Assembly (NCBI GenBank): GCA_964016885.1
Contig: OZ024740.1
Coordinates: forward strand, 382,726,001-382,790,000
DNA: 64,000 nt
Reading direction: 5' to 3'
DNA from: Eledone cirrhosa
Lineage: Eukaryota
Part shown: positions 12,032 to 24,816 of the stretch, piece after piece
Layout: each line of letters opens with the position of its first letter
How positions within the stretch are numbered: the stretch's first letter is position 1
The notes under the pieces: generated by a model
What the model was told of the DNA's origin: nothing
The model's input: the letters and a program-made list of their open reading frames with translations, nothing else
Database searches by the model: none
Position numbers and translations under genes: made by a program

Positions 12032-12500
12032 TTAGAAAGTGAGTTTTTTCTTACAAATTGAAAAATAACCGAGGTGTCCTACACGAGTGAAAGTATAAAG
12101 AGAAAGAGATGAAATCGAAAATCCAACTGGAGTCTTATTTTTTTTTTTTTTTTAAATATATATATTTATTTGGTTCCTTTACCGGTTTCGCAGTTCTTCT
12201 GCTTTTCAAAAGGTGAGTTGAGATGGAGGGTCTGTGGTTTTTCTCACATCTGGTTGGTCTCTGAATGTTACTTGTTTTATATGGAAAAAGTGGCTCGAAA
12301 TGCCAGGTTTTTCGAGAAGTAATTTGATTGGTTGGTCAATAATTATAATAAATTTCGCGCCAGTTCGCGTTACAATAGTTCTTCAAATAAGAGGGGGGCG
12401 GTTGTCACAGGTTGCTTTTTCATATATGAGTGTTTGAATTTCTTTTTACTTGAAAAAAGGGGCTCACGAAGGCTTTGCACGATGGGAGGGGCGATAAAAG
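12032..12500 (-). mobile_element. pLTR-like repeat family D (second locus at 45031-45390)
   Basis: 12032-12252 matches the 45 kb palindrome arms; contains a hammerhead; abuts (TA)n; extent beyond ~12252 is inferred. Confidence 0.7.
12176..12213 (-). ncRNA. Minimal hammerhead family D with U3-A8 core
   Basis: CCTT-TTGAAAA-GCAG-AAGAA-CTGC-GAAA-CCGG-TA-AAGG. Confidence 0.78.
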
Positions 12501-12504
12501 GAGC

Positions 12505-13860
12505 TCTAACCAAATGCTCATCCCACACAAAGCCGACCAGTCTACCGCGGCTGATGATTTTACCCTTCCAAGCGGTCGAAACCAACATAATAGAAAGAAG
12601 AACTTGATTATTGGCGATTGGAATGTGCGCACCCTCATAGACAGGGAAACCTCCTTGAGGCCAGAGAAAAAGAACAGCCCTCATAGCGAGGCAGTTAGCG
12701 CGCTACCGGATCGACATAGCCGCCCTCTGCGAGACTAAACTCGCCGAATAAGGATCAGTAGCAGAACCGAAATGTGGCTTCACCTTCTGGAAGGGCAATG
12801 CAAAGGTCTGGCAATCAGGACTTCGCTCTGCAAACAGCTGTGAGTGAGCTGCTGATGAAGCTCCGCTTCCCCCTCGACCCATCTCGGCATGTCACAGCGA
12901 TGAAGCAAAGGACGCTTTCTACGGGGAACTCAACCCACTCGTAAACTGGGGGACTTCATACTGGGGGACTTCAACGCAAGAGTCTGGTCGACAGCAGCAA
13001 CTGGAGAGGCGTGCTGGGACCTCACGGCACAGGGAAGCTGAATTCTAACGGCCTCATACTGTTGAGTTTCTGCGCCGAGAACGACCTCACCATCACCAGC
13101 TCACTGTTCCGCCAAGAAGACAAGTTCAAGACGACATGGATGCACCCGAGATCCCAAAAGTTGCATCTGATTGACTTTGCCATATGCTGCAGGAGGGACA
13201 TCCATGACGTCAGTATAACCAGGGTCATGTGTGGTGCAGAGTGTTAGATCGACCATCGCCTTGTCAGGAACATCTTATCACTGAATATCACCCCGACACA
13301 TCGCAAGACTCCGAAAGTCTGTAGGCCAGCTTTCAACGTCGCACGACTCAAGCAGCCAAAGCATCGTGATGCGTTCGCGGAAGACCTGGACGGCCGGCTG
13401 ACTGCCCATGGACCACTGACCGGACCCCCAACTCAACAGTGGGACCAGTTCAGGTCGCTGGTGACAGAGTCAGCCAAGGCAACCATCGGGCCGTGGAAGA
13501 GAGCCCACCAGGACTGGTTTGATGAATACAAAGAGCACATCAGACAACTCCTGGACGAGAAGAGGAGGGCTTTCATTGAGTGGCAGAATGACAGCTCCTC
13601 CACCTCGAAGCGCGACCGTTTCAAGCACCTCCTGAGGCAGACCCAAGCAGCGCTACGCAGAATGCAGGACAAGTGGTGGGAAAAGAAGGCCGAATAAGTC
13701 GAGAGACACGCTGACACAAAGAACTCTAAGATGTTCTTCAGCGACATCGGGGACGTATACGGATCCCCGAGCCTGTCACCACACCGCTGCTGTCTGCTGA
13801 CGGCTCGATCCTGCTGAAGGAGAAGAGCAGCATCAACTCGAAGTGGTGAGAGCACTTCAA
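12505..13860 (+). mobile_element. RTE-clade LINE, 5' part (APE endonuclease), decayed
   Basis: IGDWNVRTL, DIAALCET, LGDFNAR, TWMHPRS..HLIDF, DHRLV. Confidence 0.92.
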
Positions 13861-14360
13861 CAATAATAATTTTATTCAGAATTAGTAGTATGTTAGTATC
13901 ATGTCCTTGTTTGGGTTTTTCATATGGTGTTAAGATGAAAAGTAATACACTTTAGTTAAGGTCATGACCTTCTGAAAGGAATGGTTGAATGGTTGAATGG
14001 TGTTAATAGTAGAATTGGCATAACAATATATTAGGAGGAAAGGGATTGTCAAACTGATAGTTGAATGTATCTGGTATAGTGAAGTTTAAAAGGAATGTAA
14101 AAATAAATGGTGATTAGTGTTGTGTTGAGTTTTTAGGTGAATATAAATTAAGTGCATATATCCACACTATATATAGAGAGGTACAGTTATATTGATATCC
14201 AACCAAAGATATACATACGCACAAATAGATGCAAACCTAAATACACATTTACACATGTGCACATAATCATATACACACATATCCATACATATATATATAT
14301 ATATATACACATACACACATATACTCACATGTACACACGCACACACATACAAACACACAT

Positions 14361-14407
<47 letters not shown>

Positions 14408-14514
14408 TATATGTGGATGTACACACCTCATACATGTACACACACTCACATATAAACACTCATACACATATACTCACATATACACACACGCACACACACA
14501 CATACATATATATG

Positions 14515-14592
<78 letters not shown>

Positions 14593-14761
14593 TTTACATA
14601 TACATAAATGTATATATACACACATACACACACATAAATATATTTCCATATCATACATAGATATTTAGTCATGCAATTTCGGGTGATTGTGTACCATGTT
14701 GCCCTTAGTCATTAACGCATAAACCTAAGGAAGCTAAAACATTAAAAGGTAAAAAATAACC

Positions 14762-16195
14762 CGCAGCACGATCGACACGATCTTCTCTGTACGCCAGGTG
14801 CAGGAGAAGTGTGTCGAGCAGAATATGGACCGCTTTGCCGTCTTCATAGACTTGACTTAGGCCTTCGACACTGTTAACAGGGAGGCCCTCTGGTCGATCC
14901 TGTTGAAGTTTGGATGCCTGACAAAGTTCGTGAACCTGATACGGCATTTCCATGATGACATGACCGGGAAGGTGTGTTCGGGTGGAGAGGCATCGGAGCC
15001 GTTCGGAATCACCAACGGCATCAAACAAGGACGCGTGCTGCTCCCGTCCTCTTCTGCCTGTTCTTCACCTGCGTGCTCAATCATGCAGTCAGGGACCTCG
15101 AGCACGGGGTGTATCTGCGATACAGACTGGACAGGTCCCTGTTTGACCTGCGGGGCCTGACGACCAAGACAAGAACCGTGGAGAGAATCGTCCTGGAGGC
15201 ACTTCTTACTGACGACTGTGCCCTCATGGCGCACAGGGATTCTGATCTCCAAGTCATCGCGGAGGCATCCGGTCCAAGTTCGTGGAGGCATCCGGTCTCT
15301 TCGGTCTCACAATTAGCCTTGACAAGACTGAGGTCCTGTTCCAGCCTGAACCTGCCGCCGTCGCCCACCCTATTTCCATCTCCATCGGAGGCACCCAGTT
15401 AAAGACGGTGGATGACTTCAAGTACCTCGGCAGTGTCATCAGCGGCGATGGGAGCCGCGACAAGGAGATCAATGGCAGGATCTGTAAGGCCAGTAAAGCC
15501 CTTGACTGCCTGAGGACACGTGTCCTGAACCAGCACAACATCAGGCAGTCCACCAAGATCAAGGTGTACATAGCCGTTGTTCTCACTAGCCTCCTCTACG
15601 GACGTGAGACATGGACCCTGTACAGAAGGCACCTGAAGCAGCTGGAACGGTTCCACATGTGCAGCCTGCGGTCAATCATGAACATCAAATGGCAGGACAA
15701 GGTCTCCAACTTCGAAGTTCTTGACCTGGCGGAGACAACCAATGTCGAAGCTATGATACTGAAGAGCCGACTTCGATGGGTGGGACATGTCATCTGAATG
15801 GACGATCACAGGCTTCCGAAGCAACTGATGTATGGGGAACTCTGTTCGGTGAAACGAAAGCGGGGAAGGCCTCTCAAGAGGTTCAAAGACTGCATGAAGT
15901 CCAGTATCAACAACACTGGAATCGCCCGAACCAACTCTAGTCCCATGCTCAGGACAGGACTGAGTGGCGAGCGCACCAAAGCTCTTTTGAAGAGAAGAGA
16001 CGGACAGAGATCACTGAGGCCCGTGAAAGGAGGTGAAAGGACGGAACAGCTGCCCCAAGCGATTCCGGTCCTTCCCCTGCCCCCACTGTCTCCGGACCTG
16101 CAAGTCAAGGATCGGCCTCCACAGACACCTTCGTGCCCACGGCAGACGGGAACTAAAATAAAGAAGATGTCATTATCGTTTACGATGGACAACAA
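14762..16195 (+). mobile_element. RTE-clade LINE, 3' part (RT, C2H2 finger, 3' UTR hairpin), decayed
   Basis: FIDL..AFDTVNR, GIKQG, TDDCAL, FKYLGS, RLRWVGHV, CPHC..HLRAH; 3' TGTCATTATCG/CGATGGACA stem. Confidence 0.92.
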
Positions 16196-16446
16196 AGAGA
16201 TATTGAGTTAGAAACCCAAAATTGTCTCTTACAATTAAATAGCTGAAGGAAAGAGATTTTTCCGAGCCGTGTAATATTATTGAATATAAAAGAGAGATAA
16301 ACACAGATATATACATATATGTGTTCAAAACGTAAGGCACCAGTTTGGCTAGTGTGAAAAAAAACATTAACTATGAACAATACGGTTTGTAAGACTCAAT
16401 TTGAAAGAATAAATCAAGAAAAGAAATACAAACCGATATTGTGGCA

Positions 16447-16534
16447 ACTGCCAGACACCCAGACAGCTTTTGGTAATGATGTTTCGGAATTTTAATGAAG
16501 GGAATTACCAATTCATTTGCTCATCAGTTGGAGT
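16447..16534 (-). ncRNA. Possible degenerate hammerhead (family F) between short inverted repeats
   Basis: CTGATGA-G...C-GAAA-CATC...GGTG-TC; stem I imperfect; inverted repeats 16275-16345 / 16612-16680. Confidence 0.4.
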
Positions 16535-16702
16535 AAAATTAATAAATCCTTCATTTCTAAGTATCTCAGAAGACTGAATAGTGTGCGTATATGAAATAAA
16601 GCATGTGGCGTTTGGTCCCTTATGATTTGAACACATATATGTATATATCTGTTTATCTGTTTTTTATATTCAATTATATATGCATATATATATATATATA
16701 TT

Positions 16703-17300
16703 GACTAGGCCTTCGACAAGGTTGTCACAAACTACGTATATTTGGCATAGTGAGAAAACTAAGTAAATGGCTTCATGACATATTAAAAGACAGATGTGAG
16801 GTTGTTGCAGCCAACAGGGTCATCTCAAAGGAAACGACATTAACAAGCGACGTGCCCCACGGAACTGTCTTGTGGCCACTATTGTTTGTGGGGGGCTCAG
16901 TGTCATGCCCTCTGTAATACGGACACCCTACTTCGACATTAAAGGAAGGACCACCCCACGAACAGGACGCCCTTGTGTAGTGCCAATGTTTCCATCTGTC
17001 GCATTGAGGATAAGGAGCACATACAATAGCATGGGATTCAAGGGAACCCAACATTTTAAAAATCATTAAAAAAATGAGAGAGATCTACAAGGTGTGCATG
17101 TAGATGGTTTCAAGAGACATCTCGACATTCTATTGACAAAGATACGTGATGACCCCCAGCACGAGGCGAAGCACAAATAAGAGCAGTAGCAACAAACTCC
17201 CGTTTGCATCAATGACCAACCGAAGAAGGTTGGCTATAGAAAATGTAGCATCTGTGGCGTTGCCCCAGTATGGGTTCAGCCCATCGGCTGGACCACGTAA
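16703..17300 (+). mobile_element. CR1/L2-group LINE relic with internal deletion
   Basis: AFDKV, KWLHDILKDR, DVPHGTVLWPLLF, then C-terminal FKRHLDILL..DDP. Confidence 0.7.
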
Positions 17301-19810
17301 TAGAATATATATAAAGAGAGAGAAAGAGAGCGAGATACAGAGAGATATACATTTATTTCTTCTCATCCAACTTTCTCTCTCATAACGGACTCTGCAAATT
17401 ACTAGCTCAGATAAAAACAAAACATAGGTCGAACAAACTCAACAGTACACAAATCAGCTCGGAAACAAAATATCAGTCCGCAATAATGTAAATCTATGAA
17501 AGCTTATTAAACTTTTTTTTCTTTTATCTTTTTGATTTCAAATCATGCCACGCAAAAACATAAATATTTTGTTCAGTCTGGTGATTCATAAATGGCTTAA
17601 CAGAGGTGATGATGGATATTTCCTCAATTTCGACGAAGAACATTAACTATGAATAAACGACTCATTTACTTACCGTGTAAATGATTATGTACTTGGCAGT
17701 CACGATAAAACTTAACCTTTTTCCTCATCAGCGTGACAGATAAAGTAAGAAGTCAGGTACAATTCTGGTGACGGGTTTCTACGCCTTTTCCTCACCTCAA
17801 TTTCACTTACAAGACATACTTTGATACGAGTTGGTCTTAACAAAAGCTGAATACGATGTAACTTAATGGTATCGAACAGAGGAGGTCCGGTTTTGAATGT
17901 AGACTTTTTACACACCCTTTACATACATGTTAAAATAGATTAACATTTCCTTAGTTTATGCCTTGTCTATATTATATCGGAATTTTGTACGAAAAAATAA
18001 AAGTATTATAACATCACACGCTACAGAAGGAATATTGAAAATCAAATATAATCTACAGATAGTAAGGTGTATTGATGTTTTTCAAATCTCAAATTTTCAC
18101 AACGGAAATACCAAGTGTTTTTTCAGATAAGTACAGAATGCTCACTTATACTTGTTCGTATATATACCCGCACAGTATGTATGCTTTTATGAGCATTTTT
18201 GTATGGATGTATGTGTTGTCTGCGTGTATGTGTGAATAAAACTGAGAAAGTGAACATAGACTATCAAATAGAATGTAAGAGAATTGTATTACTATGAGAA
18301 AACCATTGTAAAAAATATTCCTTATTCTAAAGTATGTAAAGCAATTATTTGCTTGCGAATATTCACTTGATACAAGAAGCCAGCAAACAGTACTAAAAAC
18401 ACGAAGAAATAAAAATAGCGTTTACACATTTACAATCTAAAAGCAGTAAGTTCCAATATTTGATGGATTTGACGATATATATAAATCAAGGCGAAAGGAA
18501 GGAAATTCAATTTACTAATTTATAGATGTTAGGACTGAACCTAATTTTGTAAAACGGTGCTGAAGATGCGAATAATGCGAATATAGTTTCTTAAAAGCAA
18601 ATTTGACAATGAATATAAAATCCAAATTAATTTAGCCACATACAAATACGTCAATGGTTAAACTATACACAAAGGAAATAAAGATGACAATAATTGTTTT
18701 ATCCATTTATATACACTCTAAACCATATTACTATTAATGTAAAACAAAATTTATATTTTCATGTTTTTATAAGTGTGTTTACAGAATAGGCTAACTCAAA
18801 TTACTAAATCCAAGCTATGGAACCTTGTATTGGATTCCATTTAAACGAAAATGATTTACTTGCCCAAGTTTCTATTCACTTAAGAAATTTCTTAATCACC
18901 CTACTGTGCTGGTGCATATTAAATGCCACTCAAATTATTTCAGTAACTTTCAATTAATTCAGATATATTTCCATAATTGCCCTGTGATTTAACTATATTT
19001 TCAGACTAATAATTCCAACAATACTTTAAAATGTTTTTTCATTTTCTCCAAAAAGGAACGAATTCTTGAATATCTATATCAATTTAATGTTTTAAACTGA
19101 TTTCACTTCTAGTCTCTAGATTTCTTCTTTCTCTTTATTCTATTTTATATCAGTCTTTCTCCCTGCCTTTTTCTCTAACGTTCGTTATCTGTATGATTCT
19201 CTCACCCCCCCCCCATCCTCTCCTCCCCTCTCTCACTCTCTCACTCGAAATTGCTTTAAAATTTTGCAAATGCAGTAATTGTTGTTCCCCAGACAGTTAT
19301 ATATATATTATTTGTACACATTTATTACATCGCTCACATTTGTTGATAATTTGTTTTCTCTGCGGAAGCGACGTGAAATTATTTCCCCATTATTTTATTA
19401 CTTGTATATTCATTCTTTTCATATTTATATGTTGCTTTATATGTTTCGATAATCGGAAATGTTGTTTCTTAGCAGCTGCTCTAGCAGTGAACATGGTTTT
19501 TATATGTTGTAACCATTTGACCCTCAATTTGTACAAAATATATACAAAATGAAAAACGTAATACCCACACAAAACGAGAGGAAATATAATGTCGAACATG
19601 AAAGCTAAATATATACTGAAAAGAATATAGCTTAAGTAAGATATGAAATAAAAGAGAATTAAGAATATCTTCAAGTGAAATGTTTCTTTATGAGTTTCAG
19701 ATTAATATTTCATGAAGTTTGTGCTGTAGTCAAATGTTCAGTCTCATGGGTGATATTTTTTCTATTTATCTATCTGCCTGTGTATTTCTTGCGCATATAA
19801 TGTTAATAAT

Positions 19811-19907
19811 AATAATTGTTTCTACTTTTGGCACAAGGCCAACAATTATCCCAGTGTATTACTGGTACTTTATTTTATCGACCCCATAAGGATGAAAGGC
19901 AAAGTTA
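19811..19907 (-). mobile_element. tRNA-derived SINE, 3' fragment
   Basis: TTTGCCTTTCATCCTTA.GGGGTCGATAAAATAAAGTACCAGT core and (TTA) tail. Confidence 0.85.
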
Positions 19908-19954
19908 TGATCTCTGATTACTGCACAAGACCTGCATTTGTTGGGGAGCTAAAC

Positions 19955-20225
19955 GCGACGTTGACAGCACGCAAACCCTACAAAGACCAGATTACTGAAC
20001 TAGTTTATCGGGCTTTGACGGGGGCAATCGTCAACAACAAATGGTGGTTTGCCCTGAAGGCTGCGTTGTCAGAGCTAGGGCGTGTGCTCTCAGAAACGAG
20101 GGAACGAAAGCCGTTCGATGGGCCCGAGTGGCGGAGGACCACGACGTTCGCACGTTAGTAGAACCCGAGCAAATGTGTGAGGGTTTTCAGCGGCACTTCA
20201 CTCAGCTGTTTGGGAGCAGAGAGGC
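19955..20225 (+). mobile_element. Tx1-like LINE ORF2 internal fragment
   Basis: RALTGAIVNNKWWFALK, matches ~32590-33060 with deletions. Confidence 0.85.
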
Positions 20226-20235
20226 GTCGTTGTTC

Positions 20236-20846
20236 TTGGAGTCTCAGTCATTAATGTTATTTAAATGGAAAGTTTGTTCAAATAAACATCAAGCTGCTAC
20301 CTGCTGACTCAGATAATCAGGACGTATCGGGGGTAATTTCTGTTCCCGGCAAACATGCCGTTTGAAGTGTTCAAAAAAAAGGTTGACTGGAGTAATGTTC
20401 TTTACCCATCATTGAAAACGCTTTGAGTTAGTACCTAGTGTTCCTATGATAATCAGGACGACCTTGATCTCATGACAGTCCCAACTCCTTTTAAACTCCC
20501 ACTTTAAATCCTGGTATCGGTTAATTTTATCCTTCTCTTTTTTTTGAACTCTTGTGTCAAATGGGCAGGCTACATCTACAATCAGGCACGATCTTTATTT
20601 CTTCTTAGAAATCGCCAGATCAGGCCTATTGTTTTATAATTGCTTGTCCGTCTGTATCATGGCATCCCATAGCACCTTCGCTTGATCGTTTTCTATCACC
20701 GACTCTGGCTTACCACTGCTCAGAATATGGTAAATTATTCAGTTTGCATAAATGCCAGTGAATCACCTTTCCAATTATATCATGCTTCCATCCTTTATAG
20801 TGAGTCTGGGCTAGGTGTTTACACTCGGATACGATGTGAGCCATAG
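20236..20846 (-). mobile_element. R4/Dong-like RLE LINE 3' fragment
   Basis: HIVSECKHL, NRPDL, VDVACPFD, RYQDLK; 3' UTR homologous to the 21057 and 35545 copies. Confidence 0.85.
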
Positions 20847-20906
20847 TCGGTGAGGTAGCCCTCTCCTTGTCAATATCTGTGTATTATTATTATTATTATT
20901 ATTATT

Positions 20907-21041
20907 ATAGTTACGTCCCTTTACGGTCTGAGTTCAAATCCCGCCGAGGTTAACTTTGCCTTTCATCGTTACGGGGTCGATAAAATAAAGTACCAGTAAT
21001 GTACTGGGTATTTGCTGGCCTTGTGCCAAAAGTAGAAACAC
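20907..21041 (+). mobile_element. tRNA-derived SINE, 5'-truncated, between (ATT)n runs
   Basis: B box GAGTTCAAATC plus family core. Confidence 0.88.
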
Positions 21042-21056
21042 TTATTATTATTATTG

Positions 21057-23153
21057 TTCTTTGAGTCTCAGTCTTTCATGTTATTTAACTGGAAAGTTTG
21101 TTGAGATGAATATCAAGCCACTACCTGCAGCCTCAGATATTCAGGAAGTATTGGAGGGTTCTTGCTGTTCCCAGCAAGCATGCCTTTTGAAGTTTTCCTT
21201 GGAAACTCTTTGAGATAGTACCTAGTGCGCCTATGACAATCGGGACCACTTTGATTTCATGGCAGTTCCAAATCCTGTTTACCTCCCACTTTAAGTCCTG
21301 GTATCGGTTAATTTTCTCCCTCTCCTTTTCTTACACTCTCGTGTCGAATGGGCAGGCCACATCCACAATCAGCACGATCTTTTTTCCTTGTCCCAAACCA
21401 CCAGGTCAGGTCTATTGTGTGCCAGCTTCTTGTCCGCCTGTATCCTAAAATCCCACAGCACCTTCACCTGATCGTTTTCTATCACCGACTCTGGCTTATG
21501 CTCATAACACTTCTCAGAATGTGGTAAATTGTTTACTTTGCATAGATGCCAAGGGATCACCCTGCCCATCACATCATGTCTCCAGCCTTTATAGTGAATC
21601 TGGGCTAGGTGTTTACACTCGGATACAATGTGAGCCACAGTCTCCTCTATCTCTCCACATATCCTACACAGTGGGCTAGCCTCCTCTTTGTAAATATGAT
21701 GTTTCAGCCACTTCGTTTTGAAGGCCTGCTCCTGCGCAGCCATTAGCATTCCTTCTGTAGCCTTTTTAAGGTATCCTTCTTTCAACCAGTTCCATGTCTG
21801 TGGATCTCTAAATTCCGTTTTCTCAAAGAAGGTACTATGAAGGGATTTTTCATGAAGGTTGCTCTTCCTCCTTGTTATTTCCTCCTTCGACATCCCCTGG
21901 TCTATTGTCCCCTCCTTCAGTACAATTCTGAACATTGGCTCCCTACTATCTGTCACGTATTTTTGTAGGTTGTTTTTTTGCATCTGAACATAGTCCTCTA
22001 TGCTGATAAATCCTCTTCCACCTTCAGATCTCCTTAAGTAGAGTCTATCGACATCACTCCTCTTGTGGTACATGTTGTAGATAGTCAATAGCTTCCTAGT
22101 CTTCCTATCCATTTCTTTTTGTTCAGCAACATTCCATCTCAGAATTCCCGCACTGTACCTAATAATAGAGACAGCTCGTGAATTTACTGCACTTATGGCA
22201 TTCCTACTGTTCAGGTGTGACTTTAATACGCTCCCTACTCTCCGAATGTATTCAGATCTTATCAATTCCTTCATTTTTTGTTCTTGATGTCATCAGCCTC
22301 CAGAACACCCAAATACCTGTATCCTTCTTCAGTGTCAATTTCCTTTATCATATCACCTGTTGGTACCTGGATTCCGTTGCTTCTGCTCAATTTACCCCTC
22401 TTCATTACAAGGACTCCAGACTTACTAATGCAAAATTGCATACATATATCATTGCTGAAAATACAGACAGTGTCAACAAGCACATCCAACTCCTTCTCAC
22501 TCTTCCCGAAGAGCTTAAGATCGTTCATGAAGAGGAGGTGATTGAGGGTAAGGTCTCCCTTTCCTAACTTGTATCCTCTCTCACTTTTTAAAGTATAATG
22601 GTCAGGGTCATCAGGGCAAGGACAAACAACAGAGGGGACAGGCTACCTCCCTGGAAGATACCTCTCTTGATCTTCACGCCTCCCAAGGATTCTCCAGCTG
22701 ATGTTAACGCTGTTTACTAGGACTTCATACTTTTGCCCAACAACTGTCTGATGTTATCTGCCACCTTGAAGAACTCTAGGATTTTGGTTATCCAAGAATG
22801 AGGCACCATGTCAAATGTCTTTTTGTAGTCTATCCATCCCATGGCAAGACCAGTGTGTCTCCTCATGCAATTCCTCATTACCATCTTATCGATAAGTAAC
22901 TGGTCCTTTGTACCACGTGACTTCTTTCGGCATCCTTTCTGTTCGTCCGGTAACAAGTTGTTTGTGTGGAGGTGATGGTAGATTTCCTCAGACATAATTC
23001 TTGTCAACAGTTTCCACATTACGGACAAACATGTGATAGGTCTATAGTTGGTAACATCATTACCCTTGATTCGGTCTTTCATTAACAGAACTGTGGTACC
23101 TTTTGTCGACCAATCTGGTACCTCACCTGACATCAAGCAGTCATTGAACATGG
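21057..23153 (-). mobile_element. R4/Dong-like RLE LINE, 5'-truncated
   Basis: YRPITCL, EQKGC, WIDYKK.FD, GIFQG, CRIC..H..C, RPDLVV; (TAA)n at both ends; same family as 61880-64000. Confidence 0.92.
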
Positions 23154-23167
23154 TTATTATTATTATT

Positions 23168-24510
23168 TCACTGAAAGGTCGCGCGGAGGTAGCGAATGCG
23201 TACATCGCGTCCGTCATCTATTACCGCCTAACCGTCGTGCCTTGCCCCCGTCCGCGCCTCGTCAAGTTGGAACGGCTCCTCTTCAAATTCTTGTGGAGGG
23301 GACAAGTTCCGTTGGTGAGGCGGTCCATCTGCTGCCAGCACCCTCTACGCGGAGGGCTGGGCATGCCGTGGCTAATGATGCGCAGACATGCGTTGAGGCT
23401 GCGACATCTGCAGATATTCTGCCTCAATGGTGAACAGGTGTGGTCGCCGTTTATCAGACGGGCCTTTCCGCAGCTCATTTCTTTGACTGAGCTGCAGTCC
23501 TGGGTCAAGAAGAGACCGAGACCGGGTGACTGGCACCTGGAATGTTGCCAGGCACTCATTGCCCTCTAACAAGCGGGCAATGCGATCAGTGGAACTTCCA
23601 CTCTCGAGTTCTATAGAGGATTAGTGGTGGGCAAGTGCGATGACGCACTCGGAGAAGCTTTGGGCCTCGACTAAGTCGAACTGAACAGTCTGTACCGGAG
23701 GACTTTTGAGCTGGGGAGGATGGACAATTTCCAGAAATCCCTCACTTGGCAGTGCTACCGGGGGGCACTGCCGGTTCGGGATAAACTCTACAGGCACGGA
23801 AGTGCTGTCAGACGGACCAGCCCAAGATGCGCACAGAACGACGAAACCGTTCAGCACGCACTTGTGCAATGTCCGTGCATTACTGACTTGTTGAATTATG
23901 TCGAACAGCTACTGTCGCGTGTGGAACGAATCTGGTTATCGGCCGATTACATAGTGAAGATCGAGCCGCCACCTTCCTTAGGTCAGGAAGAGCAGGACAT
24001 TTTCCTCTGTCTGGTGGCAGTTGCGAAAGAGATTATATGGTGGACCAGGTTGAAAGGACTAAAGACAGACACTTTTCTCTTCGGCCAATCCCTCATCAAC
24101 TTCTTCAAGTTTCACCTGGAAAGGAGGGTGAGGGTGGAGAGAGAAGTGCTGCCCCCCAGTACATTTGCTAAAAGGTGGGTGAATGTGGCGAGAATGGCTC
24201 GTGTGAATGGGCCTACTCTGGTCATGCGCCTATAGGCTGGCTAACTTGAGGAGAGGGGTGCTCTCCTGGGTGCCCTAGAAGCGCAGGGTGGTTCAGGATT
24301 GGTGGGGTACCCGAATCACCCCAGGGTCGTCCACCCCCTATCGGGGAATTTATTTTGTTATATTTTGCATTGTTTATTTTATATTTTTATATTTTCATTG
24401 TTAAATTAGTCTTGCCATTGTGCACTTTTACTCGACCTTATTGTAAACCCCCACTGTCCCTGTCTTTGTATTGTCCCCTACATGTCGGCCCTTGTGGCTA
24501 ATAAATGAAA

Positions 24511-24512
<2 letters not shown>
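23168..24512 (+). mobile_element. Tx1-like (L1 clade) LINE, 5'-truncated copy 1
   Basis: GGLGMP, C..C..ETVQHALVQCP; 3' UTR ends AATAAATGAAATC then (ATT)26. Confidence 0.9.
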
Positions 24513-24590
<78 letters not shown>

Positions 24591-24816
24591 GGCCGCATAT
24601 GTGTGAAGACAGACAAGTCTGCGGGGGAAAATGTTCGTAGCTTTAAGCTGTTTTAAAGCGTCTTTTTTTTGTATTTTCTTGTCATTAACGAAACTTAAGG
24701 TATACATCTTGATTTAAAGAGAGGGATACCTCTCAATATTCGGGCTTTAAGCCCGAATATTCAGATTTATTTTTTTAAAACTTCGAAAAAAATCGCTTCC
24801 CCACCAAAAGAAAATT

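Noticed and set aside
12551-12582. CTGATGA...GAAAC hammerhead-like spacing
   Set aside because: No stems I-III can be formed; it overlaps the start of the RTE ORF
14660-14720. GGG...CCC-GAAA hammerhead-like 3' half on minus
   Set aside because: No acceptable core or stem I
22717-23569. ORFs 22717-23217 and 23048-23569 as fusion proteins
   Set aside because: Read-through across the Dong/(ATT)n/Tx1 junction, each half antisense to the other element
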